DNA of 32,000 nucleotides from Mycobacterium tuberculosis H37Rv (GTDB lineage Bacteria; Actinomycetota; Actinomycetes; Mycobacteriales; Mycobacteriaceae): NCBI RefSeq assembly GCF_000195955.2, contig NC_000962.3, positions 3,540,001 to 3,572,000 of the forward strand, read 5' to 3'. Shown piece by piece: positions 23,264 to 32,000 of this stretch (position 1 is its first letter; each line of letters starts with the position of its first letter). The notes under the pieces were generated by a model. It saw only the letters and a program-made list of their open reading frames with translations, ran no database searches and was not told where the DNA came from. The position numbers and the translations under genes were made by a program.

Positions 23264-24286
23264 CTAGCAGCTCGGCGTCGGCGAGCCCGACGTCATCGCG
23301 TGCAGCGCGTCCACCGCCTGGCTAAGCGTCTCGACCTTCACCAACTTCAAACCGGGCGGGCTGTCGGAACTTGCCTCGTAGCAGTTCTTCGCGGGCACCA
23401 GAAACACCGTCGCGCCGGCCGCTCGAGCAGCGGCCATCTTGTGGGTGATGCCACCGATCTGGCCCACCTTGCCATCGACGGCGATCGTGCCGGTGCCTGC
23501 GACGAACGTCGACCCAACCAGGTGGCCACTGGTGAGCTTGTCGACGACGGCCAGACTGAACATCAGTCCGGCCGAAGGGCCGCCGACGTTGGCGAGGTGG
23601 AAGTCCACGGCAAACGGCGCCCACGGCGCGTCCACCACCTCTATGCCCAGGACGCCTTGGTCGCGATCCTTATTCTTGCCCAGCGTGATCTGCGCGATGC
23701 CGGGCGGCTCGTTCTTGCGGCGGAAGTCGATCGTCACCTCCTGGCCCGGTTTCGTGTTCTTCAACAGCGCGGTGAACTGGTCGAGGTTGCCCACCGGAGT
23801 GCCGTCGACGGCGTCGATGGCGTCACCGGCCTGCAGCTTGTCCACCGATGGCCCTGGATCCATGACCGAGGCGACGGTGACTGCTTTCGGATACTTCAGG
23901 TACCCCAGAGCGGCGTACTCAGCGGCGGCCTCGGAGCGCTTGAAATCAGCGGCGTTGTCATTTTCGATCTCTTCCCGCGACTTGCCCGGAGGGTAGACGA
24001 GGTCGCGTGGCATCAACTGTTCTTGACCCGAAAGCCACAGGGCCAGGGCTTCACCCAGGGTTAGACCGTCGCGCTGGGAGACCGTCGTCATGTTGAGGTG
24101 ACCTGACGTCGGGTAGGTCTGGGTGCCCACGATCTGGACCACCTGCTTGCCGTCTATCTCGCCGAGCGTGTCGAACGTTGGGCCGGGTCCCAGCGCCACA
24201 AACGGCACGGTTACCACGGCGAGCAACACGCCGAATACCACGATCGGCACCAGCGCGACCATCAAGGTCAATATCCGCCTATTCAC
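23264..24286 (-). CDS. membrane-anchored PDZ + Lon-like (S16) serine protease
   Basis: GTG 24286 gives 340 aa. It has an N-terminal TM helix (ILTLMVALVPIVVFGVLLAVV), a PDZ-like segment (LQAGDAIDAVDGTPV) and a Lon-protease C-domain motif (GPSAGLMFSLAVVDKLT...KMAAARAAGATVFLVP). Confidence 0.8.
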   Translation of the reverse strand: MNRRILTLMVALVPIVVFGVLLAVVTVPFVALGPGPTFDTLGEIDGKQVVQIVGTQTYPTSGHLNMTTVSQRDGLTLGEALALWLSGQEQLMPRDLVYPPGKSREEIENDNAADFKRSEAAAEYAALGYLKYPKAVTVASVMDPGPSVDKLQAGDAIDAVDGTPVGNLDQFTALLKNTKPGQEVTIDFRRKNEPPGIAQITLGKNKDRDQGVLGIEVVDAPWAPFAVDFHLANVGGPSAGLMFSLAVVDKLTSGHLVGSTFVAGTGTIAVDGKVGQIGGITHKMAAARAAGATVFLVPAKNCYEASSDSPPGLKLVKVETLSQAVDALHAMTSGSPTPSC

Positions 24287-24363
24287 GCCGCATACACTAG
24301 ACGGACCTGGCCGGGCTGGTTCAGCTGCGAGCGTGACCGCTGATCGCACCTTCTGTTCCCGCG

Positions 24364-25782
24364 GTGAGTACCGGTGAGGTCATGGGTGACCTGCCTTTCG
24401 GCTTCTCTTCCGGAGACGACCCCCCGGAAGATCCGTCTGGGCGCGATAAGCGCGGGAAGGACGGTGCCGATTCCGGATCGGGCGCCAATCCGTTGGGCGC
24501 GTTCGGCATCGGTGGAGAATTCAACATGGCCGACCTGGGGCAAATCTTCACCCGCCTAGGAGAGATGTTCGGCGGCGTCGGCACCGCGATGGCCGCGGGC
24601 AAAACCTCAGGACCGGTCAACTACGACTTGGCCCGGCAGGTCGCGTCGAGCTCGATCGGGTTCATCGCGCCCATCCCGGCGGCCACGAACTCGGCGATCG
24701 CCGACGCGGTGCATCTGGCCGACACCTGGCTTGACGGGGCAACCTCGCTACCCGCTGGCGCCACCAAGGCGGTGGGTTGGAGCCCCACCGACTGGGTCGA
24801 CAACACCTTGGCTACCTGGAAACGGCTGTGCGATCCCATGGCCCAGCAGATCTCCACGGTCTGGGCGTCGTCGCTGCCGGAAGAGGCCAAGAGCATGGCC
24901 GGCCCGCTGCTGTCGATCATGTCGCAGATGGGCGGCATAGCGTTTGGTTCGCAACTGGGCCAAGCGCTGGGCCGGCTGTCCCGTGAGGTGCTGACGTCTA
25001 CCGACATCGGTCTACCGCTGGGGCCCAAGGGGGTGGCCGCAATACTGCCCGGCGCCGTCGAATCGTTTGCCGCCGGACTCGAGCAACCGCGCAGCGAGAT
25101 TCTGACGTTCCTGGCCACCCGTGAGGCCGCACATCACCGCCTGTTCAGCCACGTTCCCTGGCTGGCCAGTCAACTGCTCGGCGCCGTCGAGGCCTACGCC
25201 ATGGGCATGAAGATCGATATGACCGGAATCGAGGAGCTGGCCCGCGATATCAATCCGACGTCGCTGGCCGATCCCGCCGCCATGGAACAGCTGCTGAGCC
25301 AGGGAGTATTCGAGCCCAAGGCAACGCCGGCCCAGACGCAGGCATTGGAACGACTCGAAACACTGCTCGCCCTGATCGAAGGCTGGGTGCAGACCGTGGT
25401 GACTGCGGCGCTGGGCGAGCGAATTCCGGGTGAGGCAGCGCTCAGCGAGACGCTGCGCCGACGCCGAGCCAGTGGCGGCCCCGCCGAACAGACCTTTGCG
25501 ACGTTGGTCGGGCTGGAGCTGCGGCCACGCAAACTGCGGGAGGCCGGAGCGCTGTGGGAGCGCCTCACCCGGGCCGTCGGCATGGACGCCCGCGACGCCG
25601 TCTGGCAGCACCCGGACCTGCTGCCCGCCACTGACGATCTCGACGACCCGGCCGCCTTTATCGACCGTGTCATCGGCGGCGACACCAGCGGTATCGACGA
25701 AGCGATCGCCGAACTCGAGCGGGACCAGCAGGCCCGCGGCGCCGACGACTCCGGCCACGATGGCGGTCCTGTGGATAACTGA
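24364..25782 (+). CDS. DUF2342 / zincin-like family protein
   Basis: 472-aa ORF with a Gly/Asp-rich N-terminus. The family assignment is from memory of the conserved actinobacterial neighbourhood. No HExxH is present; the nearest match is REAAH in LATREAAHHRLF. Confidence 0.6.
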   Translation: MSTGEVMGDLPFGFSSGDDPPEDPSGRDKRGKDGADSGSGANPLGAFGIGGEFNMADLGQIFTRLGEMFGGVGTAMAAGKTSGPVNYDLARQVASSSIGFIAPIPAATNSAIADAVHLADTWLDGATSLPAGATKAVGWSPTDWVDNTLATWKRLCDPMAQQISTVWASSLPEEAKSMAGPLLSIMSQMGGIAFGSQLGQALGRLSREVLTSTDIGLPLGPKGVAAILPGAVESFAAGLEQPRSEILTFLATREAAHHRLFSHVPWLASQLLGAVEAYAMGMKIDMTGIEELARDINPTSLADPAAMEQLLSQGVFEPKATPAQTQALERLETLLALIEGWVQTVVTAALGERIPGEAALSETLRRRRASGGPAEQTFATLVGLELRPRKLREAGALWERLTRAVGMDARDAVWQHPDLLPATDDLDDPAAFIDRVIGGDTSGIDEAIAELERDQQARGADDSGHDGGPVDN

Positions 25783-25787
25783 GCGGT

Positions 25788-26687
25788 GTGTCTGCTCGCA
25801 GTGTGGCACCGTCTCAGGTCATGCGGCGGGCTGCGTCTGCTCTGTATTCGTTGAATCCTGCGATGCCGGTGCTGCTAAGACCCGACGGTGCCGTGCAAGT
25901 GGGCTGGGATCCTCGTCGGGCTGTGCTCGTCCGTCCACCGCGTGGATTAACCGCGACAGGTTTGGCCGCGCTGCTGCGGTCCATGCGATCACCGATACCA
26001 ATCACCGAGTTGCAGCGCCAAGCCGCCGAGCGTGGATTGGTTGACGGTGACGCCATGGCGAACCTTGTCGCGCAACTGGTTGGCGCGGGTGTAGCGACCC
26101 CCCTAGCCAACCCCGGAAACCTGGATTCCCGGCGTCGCGCCGCGTCCATCCGGGTCCACGGTCGCGGGCCGTTGTCAGACCTGCTCGTCCAGGCGCTGCG
26201 CTGCTCCGGTGCCCGGATCAGGCACAGCAGCCAACCACATGCGGCGGTGACTCCCGCGGGCGTGGATCTGGTGGTGTTGTCGGACTATCTGGTGGCCGAT
26301 CCGCACATGGTGCGCGATCTGCACACCGAGAGAGTTCCGCATCTTCCCGTTCGGGTTCGTGACGGCACCGGGATGGTCGGGCCCCTGGTGGTCCCCGGCG
26401 TGACCAGCTGTCTCGGTTGCGCTGACCTGCATCGCAGCGACCGCGACGCCGCGTGGCCGGCCATCGCCGCCCAATTGCGGGACACCGTCGGGGTGGCCGA
26501 CCGGGCCACGTTGTTAGCGACGGCGGCGCTGGCGCTCAGCCAAGTGAACCGGGTGATCGCCGCCGTGCGTGGACAGGAGGCGACCCCTGAGCCCCCGTCG
26601 GCGCTGAACACCACCTTGGAGTTCGATCTCAACGCTGGCTCTATCGTGGCGCGACAATGGACCAGGCATCCGCGGTGTTTTTGTTGA
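25788..26687 (+). CDS. ThiF/E1-like (cyclodehydratase-docking-like) fold protein, function unknown
   Basis: 299 aa. The segment IRVHGRGPLSDLLVQAL...VDLVVLSD...HLPVRVRDGTGMVGPLVVPGVTSCLGCADLH resembles the E1-like Rossmann plus Cys-x-x-Cys region, but the GxGxxG loop is degenerate. It starts 5 nt after the upstream gene. Confidence 0.5.
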   Translation: MSARSVAPSQVMRRAASALYSLNPAMPVLLRPDGAVQVGWDPRRAVLVRPPRGLTATGLAALLRSMRSPIPITELQRQAAERGLVDGDAMANLVAQLVGAGVATPLANPGNLDSRRRAASIRVHGRGPLSDLLVQALRCSGARIRHSSQPHAAVTPAGVDLVVLSDYLVADPHMVRDLHTERVPHLPVRVRDGTGMVGPLVVPGVTSCLGCADLHRSDRDAAWPAIAAQLRDTVGVADRATLLATAALALSQVNRVIAAVRGQEATPEPPSALNTTLEFDLNAGSIVARQWTRHPRCFC

Positions 26688-26695
26688 CGTTACGT

Positions 26696-26896
26696 CTAAC
26701 CCAGTCGTCCCTGCTCCGGCACGTTGGTCGAGATTGACGCATAGGCTCTGGCCAAGGTGTCGAGCACGTCCTCTGTCAGGGTGCGCTCGTTGCGGTGCTT
26801 GTCCAGCGTTTCGATGATCGCTCTGAACAGGGCGTCGGCAGCGTCGTGCTGCGTTGATCTTGCTGACATGGTTTCTTGCGGTCCACCCTCCTGCAC
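26696..26896 (-). CDS. small hypothetical protein (57-66 aa)
   Basis: The ORF reads MQEGGPQETMSARSTQHDAADALFRAIIETLDKHRNERTLTEDVLDTLARAYASISTNVPEQGRLG and looks helical and protein-like. The alternative start is ATG 26869. Confidence 0.5.
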   Translation of the reverse strand: MQEGGPQETMSARSTQHDAADALFRAIIETLDKHRNERTLTEDVLDTLARAYASISTNVPEQGRLG

Positions 26897-27023
26897 ATTT
26901 CACTGATGCGGCCAACACCACAACGCTTGTCGGCGCTTGTCGACGCTTGTCGACTCGGGGCAAGCTCAACCGTCCGCACCCAGGCAGTTGTTACCAGATC
27001 AACACCCCGACCGGATAACCGTC

Positions 27024-28367
27024 ATGGATGATGGGAGTGTGTCAGATATCAAACGGGGCCGCGCCGCGCGCAATGCGAAGCTGGCCAGCATCCCGGTCGG
27101 CTTCGCCGGTCGGGCGGCGCTCGGGCTCGGCAAGCGACTGACCGGTAAGTCAAAAGACGAGGTTACCGCCGAGCTGATGGAGAAGGCCGCCAATCAGTTG
27201 TTTACCGTCCTCGGCGAACTCAAGGGTGGCGCGATGAAGGTCGGCCAGGCGCTGTCGGTGATGGAGGCCGCCATTCCCGACGAGTTCGGCGAACCCTACC
27301 GGGAAGCACTGACCAAGCTGCAGAAGGACGCCCCACCGCTGCCCGCCAGTAAGGTGCACCGGGTACTCGACGGACAGCTGGGCACCAAATGGCGGGAGCG
27401 GTTCAGCTCGTTCAACGACACCCCAGTGGCATCTGCCAGCATCGGCCAGGTGCACAAAGCAATCTGGTCGGACGGCCGAGAAGTGGCCGTCAAGATCCAG
27501 TATCCCGGCGCCGACGAGGCGCTGCGCGCGGACCTCAAGACCATGCAGCGCATGGTCGGCGTGCTCAAACAGCTCTCACCCGGCGCCGACGTCCAAGGGG
27601 TGGTCGACGAACTGGTTGAACGCACCGAAATGGAACTCGACTACCGGCTGGAGGCCGCCAACCAGCGCGCCTTCGCCAAGGCGTACCACGACCACCCGCG
27701 CTTCCAGGTGCCTCACGTCGTGGCAAGCGCACCGAAGGTGGTGATCCAGGAGTGGATCGAAGGTGTGCCGATGGCAGAGATCATCCGTCACGGGACCACC
27801 GAGCAGCGTGATCTGATCGGTACGCTGCTCGCCGAGCTCACCTTCGACGCACCACGGCGGCTGGGGTTGATGCACGGCGACGCCCACCCCGGTAATTTCA
27901 TGCTGCTGCCCGACGGCCGGATGGGCATCATCGACTTCGGTGCCGTGGCACCGATGCCCGGCGGCTTCCCGATAGAGCTCGGGATGACGATTCGACTGGC
28001 CCGCGAGAAGAACTACGACCTCCTGTTGCCGACGATGGAGAAGGCCGGGTTGATCCAGCGAGGACGACAGGTGTCGGTTCGCGAGATCGACGAGATGCTG
28101 CGCCAATACGTCGAGCCCATCCAGGTCGAGGTCTTCCACTACACCCGCAAGTGGTTACAGAAAATGACCGTCAGTCAGATCGACCGCTCGGTTGCGCAGA
28201 TCAGAACGGCGCGCCAGATGGACCTGCCGGCCAAGCTCGCGATTCCGATGCGGGTTATCGCATCGGTGGGCGCGATCCTATGCCAGCTGGACGCGCATGT
28301 GCCGATCAAGGCCCTGTCGGAGGAGCTGATCCCGGGTTTCGCCGAGCCCGACGCGATCGTCGTCTGA
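27024..28367 (+). CDS. ABC1/UbiB-family atypical kinase
   Basis: ATG 27024 gives 447 aa. Motifs: KGGAMKVGQALS, ASASIGQVHKA...VAVKIQYPG, and HGDAHPGNF...IDFG. Confidence 0.9.
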   Translation: MDDGSVSDIKRGRAARNAKLASIPVGFAGRAALGLGKRLTGKSKDEVTAELMEKAANQLFTVLGELKGGAMKVGQALSVMEAAIPDEFGEPYREALTKLQKDAPPLPASKVHRVLDGQLGTKWRERFSSFNDTPVASASIGQVHKAIWSDGREVAVKIQYPGADEALRADLKTMQRMVGVLKQLSPGADVQGVVDELVERTEMELDYRLEAANQRAFAKAYHDHPRFQVPHVVASAPKVVIQEWIEGVPMAEIIRHGTTEQRDLIGTLLAELTFDAPRRLGLMHGDAHPGNFMLLPDGRMGIIDFGAVAPMPGGFPIELGMTIRLAREKNYDLLLPTMEKAGLIQRGRQVSVREIDEMLRQYVEPIQVEVFHYTRKWLQKMTVSQIDRSVAQIRTARQMDLPAKLAIPMRVIASVGAILCQLDAHVPIKALSEELIPGFAEPDAIVV

Positions 28368-28383
28368 GCCGGCTCGCGCCGGC
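28368..28383. terminator. short GC hairpin between the convergent ABC1-kinase and whiB7 genes
   Basis: GCCGGC-tcgc-GCCGGC in the 33-bp gap. Weak evidence, and there is no U-tract. Confidence 0.3.
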
Positions 28384-28400
28384 GGGCGCACCATCGCGGG

Positions 28401-28679
28401 CTATGCAACAGCATCCTTGCGCGGACGTCCGCGCGGACGCTTGTGACTCACGATCGAGCCTTGGTCGAATATCTCACCACCCCAAACGCCCCAGGGTTCA
28501 GCCCGCTGAAGCGCCGCGGCCAAGCACTGCCGCCTGATCGGGCAGCTCACACACAGTGTCTTGGCTACCTCGAGACCGGCCGGGGTATCGGCGAACCACA
28601 GATCGGGATCACCGACGTGGCACGGCAAAACCGGCAATCTTTGTCTGGGGGTCTGTCTGGGGACTGTCAGTACCGACAC
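28401..28679 (-). CDS. whiB7: WhiB7 Fe-S transcriptional activator with C-terminal AT-hook
   Basis: GTG 28679 gives 92 aa. It has four Cys (C..C..C.....C in PCHV...LCVSCPIRRQC), the GVWGG turn, and the AT-hook RGRPRK. Confidence 0.9.
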   Translation of the reverse strand: MSVLTVPRQTPRQRLPVLPCHVGDPDLWFADTPAGLEVAKTLCVSCPIRRQCLAAALQRAEPWGVWGGEIFDQGSIVSHKRPRGRPRKDAVA

Positions 28680-28814
28680 GTCCTGTTTCACCTGCTTCCT
28701 GGTCTGGTGGCGGTTCTTCGAAAGTGATCCGGACCAGGGATGCTGCGGTGGGCAGATGTCCCGAAAGTTTGGCCACGGATCCTGTGACTTCGGGTCCGTG
28801 GCCATCTGGCGAAA

Positions 28815-28849
28815 CGGGGCTGATTACGTAGCGCTTACGTAGAGCCCCG
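28815..28849 (-). terminator. attenuator-like hairpin in the whiB7 5' leader
   Basis: CGGGGCT (28815-28821) pairs with AGCCCCG (28843-28849). An inner TACGTA/TACGTA stem lies between them. UUUCG follows on the minus-strand RNA. It lies about 135 nt upstream of the whiB7 start. Confidence 0.45.
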
Positions 28850-28949
28850 CTCCACGGACTCGTCAGTCGCGGCGGCGACACGGTTCTTGCTATGGGGGGT
28901 TCCCGCGGTTGGCACCGCGGCAGCCGCGCCGACACCAAATGCGTTGTTG

Positions 28950-29009
28950 TCAATCACCGCGGCCGCCCTCCTCTCGTGTCGCGCGCGGTTGCCAGCCCCC
29001 CAATGCCAT
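28950..29009 (-). promoter_or_regulatory. candidate leader uORF (19 codons) in the whiB7 5' UTR
   Basis: The minus strand reads ATG GCA TTG GGG GGC TGG CAA CCG CGC GCG ACA CGA GAG GAG GGC GGC CGC GGT GAT TGA. It lies between the predicted promoter and the attenuator hairpin. Confidence 0.35.
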
Positions 29010-29038
29010 CTCCAGGCTGGCAGCAGAATGCGACCTGG

Positions 29039-29077
29039 AGGTTAACCGGTGGCAGCAGCTGACCACAACCGATTTTC
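29039..29077 (-). promoter_or_regulatory. putative whiB7 promoter with an upstream AT-rich WhiB7 site
   Basis: On the minus strand, GAAAATC (29071-29077) lies 2 nt upstream of TTGTGG (29063-29068). An 18-bp spacer follows, then TAACCT (29039-29044). The arrangement matches the known AT-hook-site-plus-promoter logic. Confidence 0.45.
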
Positions 29078-29108
29078 TGACCTGCGCGTTTGCCGGTACA
29101 GGCCCGGT

Positions 29109-31211
29109 TCAGGTCCGACCGCGAACCAGCTGCAGCACGTCCGATCCGTATTGTTCCAGCTTGCGGGCACCGATGCCGGGGATCGCGATCAGCGCCGCGT
29201 CGTCGGTAGGTAGCAGCTCGGCGATCGCGATCAGGGTGTTGTCGGTGAAAACGACATAGGCGGGGACGTTCTGTTCCTTGGCGGTGCTCAGACGCCAGGA
29301 CTTGAGCTGCAACAACAACTCCTCGTCGACGTCGGCTGCACACGTCTCACACCGCCGCAGCATGACGGCCGCCGAAGTGTTCAGCTCGTTGTTACAGATC
29401 CGGCAGCGCGCTGCGGCGCCCCGGTTGCGTCGGGATGTGCCCGGCACCGGATCGGCGCGCGTCTGCGGCGCAATGCCGTTGAGGAACCGCGAGGGCTTGC
29501 GGCTCTGGCGCCCGCCCGGGGACCGTGATAGCGCCCAGCTGAGCGCCAAATGGACTCGGGCCCGTGTGATTCCGACGTAGAGCAGCCGACGCTCTTCCTC
29601 TACGGGCTCGCTATTGGGGCCGTGTGCCAGCGCATGTGAGATGGGCAGCGTGCCGTCAGCCAATCCGACCAGGAACACCGCGTCCCATTCCAGTCCCTTG
29701 GCGGCGTGCAGTGAGGCCAGCGTGACGCCCTGCACCACCGGTGGGTGCCGCGCCTCCGCCCGCCGGCGTAGCTCGGCAAGCAGGCCTGGCAGCTGCAGTG
29801 CGGGACGCTGCGCCAGCTCGTCGTCGACCAGCTCGGCCAGCGCGGTGAGCGCTTCCCAGCGTTCCCTGGCGCGGGTGCCGACCGGCGGTTGTGCCGTCAG
29901 CCCCAGTGGTGCGAGCACCGCGCGAACCACGTCGGACAACGCGGCATCGGTATCACGTTCGGACACACGCTGTAAGGCAAGCAACGCCTGCTTGATTTCC
30001 TGACGGTTGAAAAACCCCTCGCCACCGCGAACCTGATAGGCGATACCCGCCTGGGTCAACGCCTCTTCATAAACCTCTGACTGCGCATTGACTCGGTAGA
30101 GAATGGCTACCTCGGATGGCGGAGTGCCCGATGCGATTAACCGGGCGATTGACGCCGCCACCGTGGCAGCCTCGGCGGGCTCGTCGGAATGCTCATGGAA
30201 CGACGGGACCGGACCCGGCTCACGCTGGCCGGACAACCGTAGCTTGCTGCCGGCAACACGGCCCCGGGCGGCGGCGATCACCCGGTTAGCCAATGACACC
30301 ACCTGCGGAGTTGACCGGTAATCACGCTCCAGCCGCACCACCGCGGCGTCCGGGAACCGCCGCGAGAAGTCGAGTAGGAAACGAGGCGAAGCCCCGGTAA
30401 ACGAGTAGATGGTCTGGTTGGCGTCGCCGACGACGGTCAGGTCGTCCCGATCACCCAACCAGGCCGAGAGCACCCGCTGCTGCAGGGGGGTGACGTCCTG
30501 GTACTCGTCCACGACGAAACACCGGTACCGGTCCTGGAACTCCTCGGCCACCGCGGCGTCGTTTTCAATCGCGGCCGCGGTGTGCAGCAACAGGTCGTCG
30601 AAGTCAAGTAAGGTGACGCCGTCGCCGCGGGCCTTGAGCGCCTCGTATTCGGAGTAGACAGCCGCGATTTGCGCGGCGTCCAACGGGGGGTCTCGGCGTG
30701 CGGCCGCCACTGCGGTCACATACTCCTCGGGGCCGATCAGGGACGCCTTGGCCCACTCGATCTCGCCGGCCAGGTCACGCACATCATCGGTGCTGGCGTG
30801 CAGCCTGGTGCGGCTGGCGGCGCGGGCCACCACGGCGAACTTGCTGTCCAGCAGCTGCCAGCCGGTGTCAGCGATTACGCGCGACCAGAAGTACCGCAGC
30901 TGGCGATACGCGGCCGCGTGAAAGGTCAGCGCCTGCACAGCGCCGACGCCCGAACCGGTCCGTGCCGCGGCGTCGAGTGCGCGCAACCGGCTGCGCATTT
31001 CGCCCGCCGCGCGCTGGGTGAATGTCACAGCCAGCACCTGCCCGGCGGCGACGTGACCGCTCGCGACCAGCGAAGCGATCCGGTGAGTGATGGTGCGGGT
31101 CTTGCCGGTTCCGGCACCGGCCAGCACGCACACCGGTCCACGCGGAGCCAGTACGGCTTCGCGCTGCTGGTCGTCCAGCCCGGCAATCAATGGGTCGCTG
31201 GCTATCGACAT
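29109..31211 (-). CDS. uvrD2: UvrD2 superfamily-1 helicase with tetracysteine motif and C-terminal HRDC domain
   Basis: ATG 31211 gives 700 aa. It has Walker A AGAGTGKT and helicase motifs ([26 protein letters not shown]). A Cys cluster (CRICNNEL...CETC) is followed by an HRDC-like tail. Confidence 0.9.
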   Translation of the reverse strand: MSIASDPLIAGLDDQQREAVLAPRGPVCVLAGAGTGKTRTITHRIASLVASGHVAAGQVLAVTFTQRAAGEMRSRLRALDAAARTGSGVGAVQALTFHAAAYRQLRYFWSRVIADTGWQLLDSKFAVVARAASRTRLHASTDDVRDLAGEIEWAKASLIGPEEYVTAVAAARRDPPLDAAQIAAVYSEYEALKARGDGVTLLDFDDLLLHTAAAIENDAAVAEEFQDRYRCFVVDEYQDVTPLQQRVLSAWLGDRDDLTVVGDANQTIYSFTGASPRFLLDFSRRFPDAAVVRLERDYRSTPQVVSLANRVIAAARGRVAGSKLRLSGQREPGPVPSFHEHSDEPAEAATVAASIARLIASGTPPSEVAILYRVNAQSEVYEEALTQAGIAYQVRGGEGFFNRQEIKQALLALQRVSERDTDAALSDVVRAVLAPLGLTAQPPVGTRARERWEALTALAELVDDELAQRPALQLPGLLAELRRRAEARHPPVVQGVTLASLHAAKGLEWDAVFLVGLADGTLPISHALAHGPNSEPVEEERRLLYVGITRARVHLALSWALSRSPGGRQSRKPSRFLNGIAPQTRADPVPGTSRRNRGAAARCRICNNELNTSAAVMLRRCETCAADVDEELLLQLKSWRLSTAKEQNVPAYVVFTDNTLIAIAELLPTDDAALIAIPGIGARKLEQYGSDVLQLVRGRT

Positions 31212-31334
31212 GACGTCCATCTTGGCAGCGGTAGATGACAGACCGGGCGTGTCGCCACGCCGTGGGGCGTGCGACATGAACAACTGCCGAGCCGCCACAC
31301 CGCCCGGGTCGTCGCCGCGCTAGGTTAGCGTGTC

Positions 31335-31589
31335 ATGATCACCGCTGCGCTCACCATCTATACGACATCATGGTGTGGCTATTGCCTTCGACTCAAAACA
31401 GCGCTCACGGCCAACCGAATCGCTTACGACGAGGTCGACATCGAACACAACCGTGCGGCCGCGGAGTTCGTCGGCTCGGTCAATGGCGGCAACAGAACTG
31501 TTCCCACGGTGAAGTTCGCCGACGGGTCGACGCTGACTAACCCGAGCGCGGACGAGGTCAAAGCGAAGCTGGTAAAGATCGCGGGTTAA
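31335..31589 (+). CDS. glutaredoxin-like (mycoredoxin-type) small thiol oxidoreductase
   Basis: 84 aa with a CGYC active site (IYTTSWCGYCLRLK) and the TVPTV cis-Pro loop. Confidence 0.85.
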   Translation: MITAALTIYTTSWCGYCLRLKTALTANRIAYDEVDIEHNRAAAEFVGSVNGGNRTVPTVKFADGSTLTNPSADEVKAKLVKIAG

Positions 31590-31601
31590 CGACGTGGACT
31601 T

Positions 31602-32000
31602 TCATTCGCACGCTGCCCACGATTCGATGATCACGCGGGCGATCGAGATCGACCCGGGCAGTAGCAGTTTCGACTCCGACGCACTGGACCAATCGCCGGC
31701 GGCAAGCGCTGCGCGCACCTCATCGCGGGTGAACCACGCGGCTTCGGCGATTTCGCCGTCGCTGAACGAGAACTCCTCATCCGGGTCACCCAAGGCATGA
31801 AAGCCAACCATTAACGACCGCGGGAACGGCCACTGCTGGCTGCCCAGATAGCGCACATCGCGAACGGTCAGGCCGATTTCCTCGCGGATCTCCCGGGCGA
31901 CGCAGACTTCGAACGACTCTCCGGCCTCGACAAAGCCAGCCAACAGCGAGAACATCCGTTCCGGCCACGCCGCCTGGCGAGCCAACACGGCACGATCAGC
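31602..32000 (-). CDS. nudC: NADH pyrophosphatase NudC (C-terminal part; 5' end beyond the window)
   Basis: Contains the Nudix box GFVEAGESFEVCVAREIREEIG and the downstream family signature region SQQWPFPRS. The frame remains open to position 32000. Confidence 0.85.
   Translation of the reverse strand, partial: ADRAVLARQAAWPERMFSLLAGFVEAGESFEVCVAREIREEIGLTVRDVRYLGSQQWPFPRSLMVGFHALGDPDEEFSFSDGEIAEAAWFTRDEVRAALAAGDWSSASESKLLLPGSISIARVIIESWAACE

Noticed and set aside
28401..28805. A 134-aa in-frame N-terminally extended WhiB7 starting at ATG 28805.
   Set aside because: The extension (MATDPKSQDPWPNFRDICPPQHPW...) begins immediately after the leader hairpin and has no WhiB-family counterpart. 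The WhiB fold starts near the GTG at 28679.

Overview
High-GC actinobacterial chromosome that I recognise as Mycobacterium tuberculosis complex. It carries two IS6110 copies, whiB7, uvrD2 and nudC, and the gene order matches my memory of the H37Rv Rv3171c-Rv3199c interval. That recognition is from memory, not from a search. The window falls into three blocks. (i) 1-6.8 kb is a hydrolase/oxidoreductase cluster: alpha/beta hydrolases, TetR, SDR, amidase, epoxide hydrolase and a Ddn-like protein. Its two divergent promoter regions share four copies of one 19-bp operator-like motif, and two of its genes look frame-disrupted. (ii) 7.4-19.5 kb is an accessory mosaic. It holds a COG1373-type ATPase behind a 5 x 22-bp iteron-like array, a decayed transposase stub, VapBC, HigBA, two tandem IS6110 copies, an Xre/RES TA pair, an orphan 421-aa protein with a PD-(D/E)xK nuclease motif, and an IS30-family element. 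This block abuts an initiator-type tRNA-Met. The 3' 45 nt of that tRNA are repeated about 6.8 kb away, and the distal repeat is split by IS6110, so I read it as a degenerate, integrase-less tRNA-anchored island. The orphan nuclease-like gene is the best candidate for an uncharacterised defence function. (iii) 19.5-32 kb is conserved core: UPF0182 membrane protein, PDZ/Lon-like protease, zincin-like and E1-like proteins, ABC1 kinase, whiB7 with its long leader, uvrD2, a glutaredoxin-like protein and nudC. Most other ORF-track entries are alternative-frame or antisense artefacts typical of GC-rich DNA.
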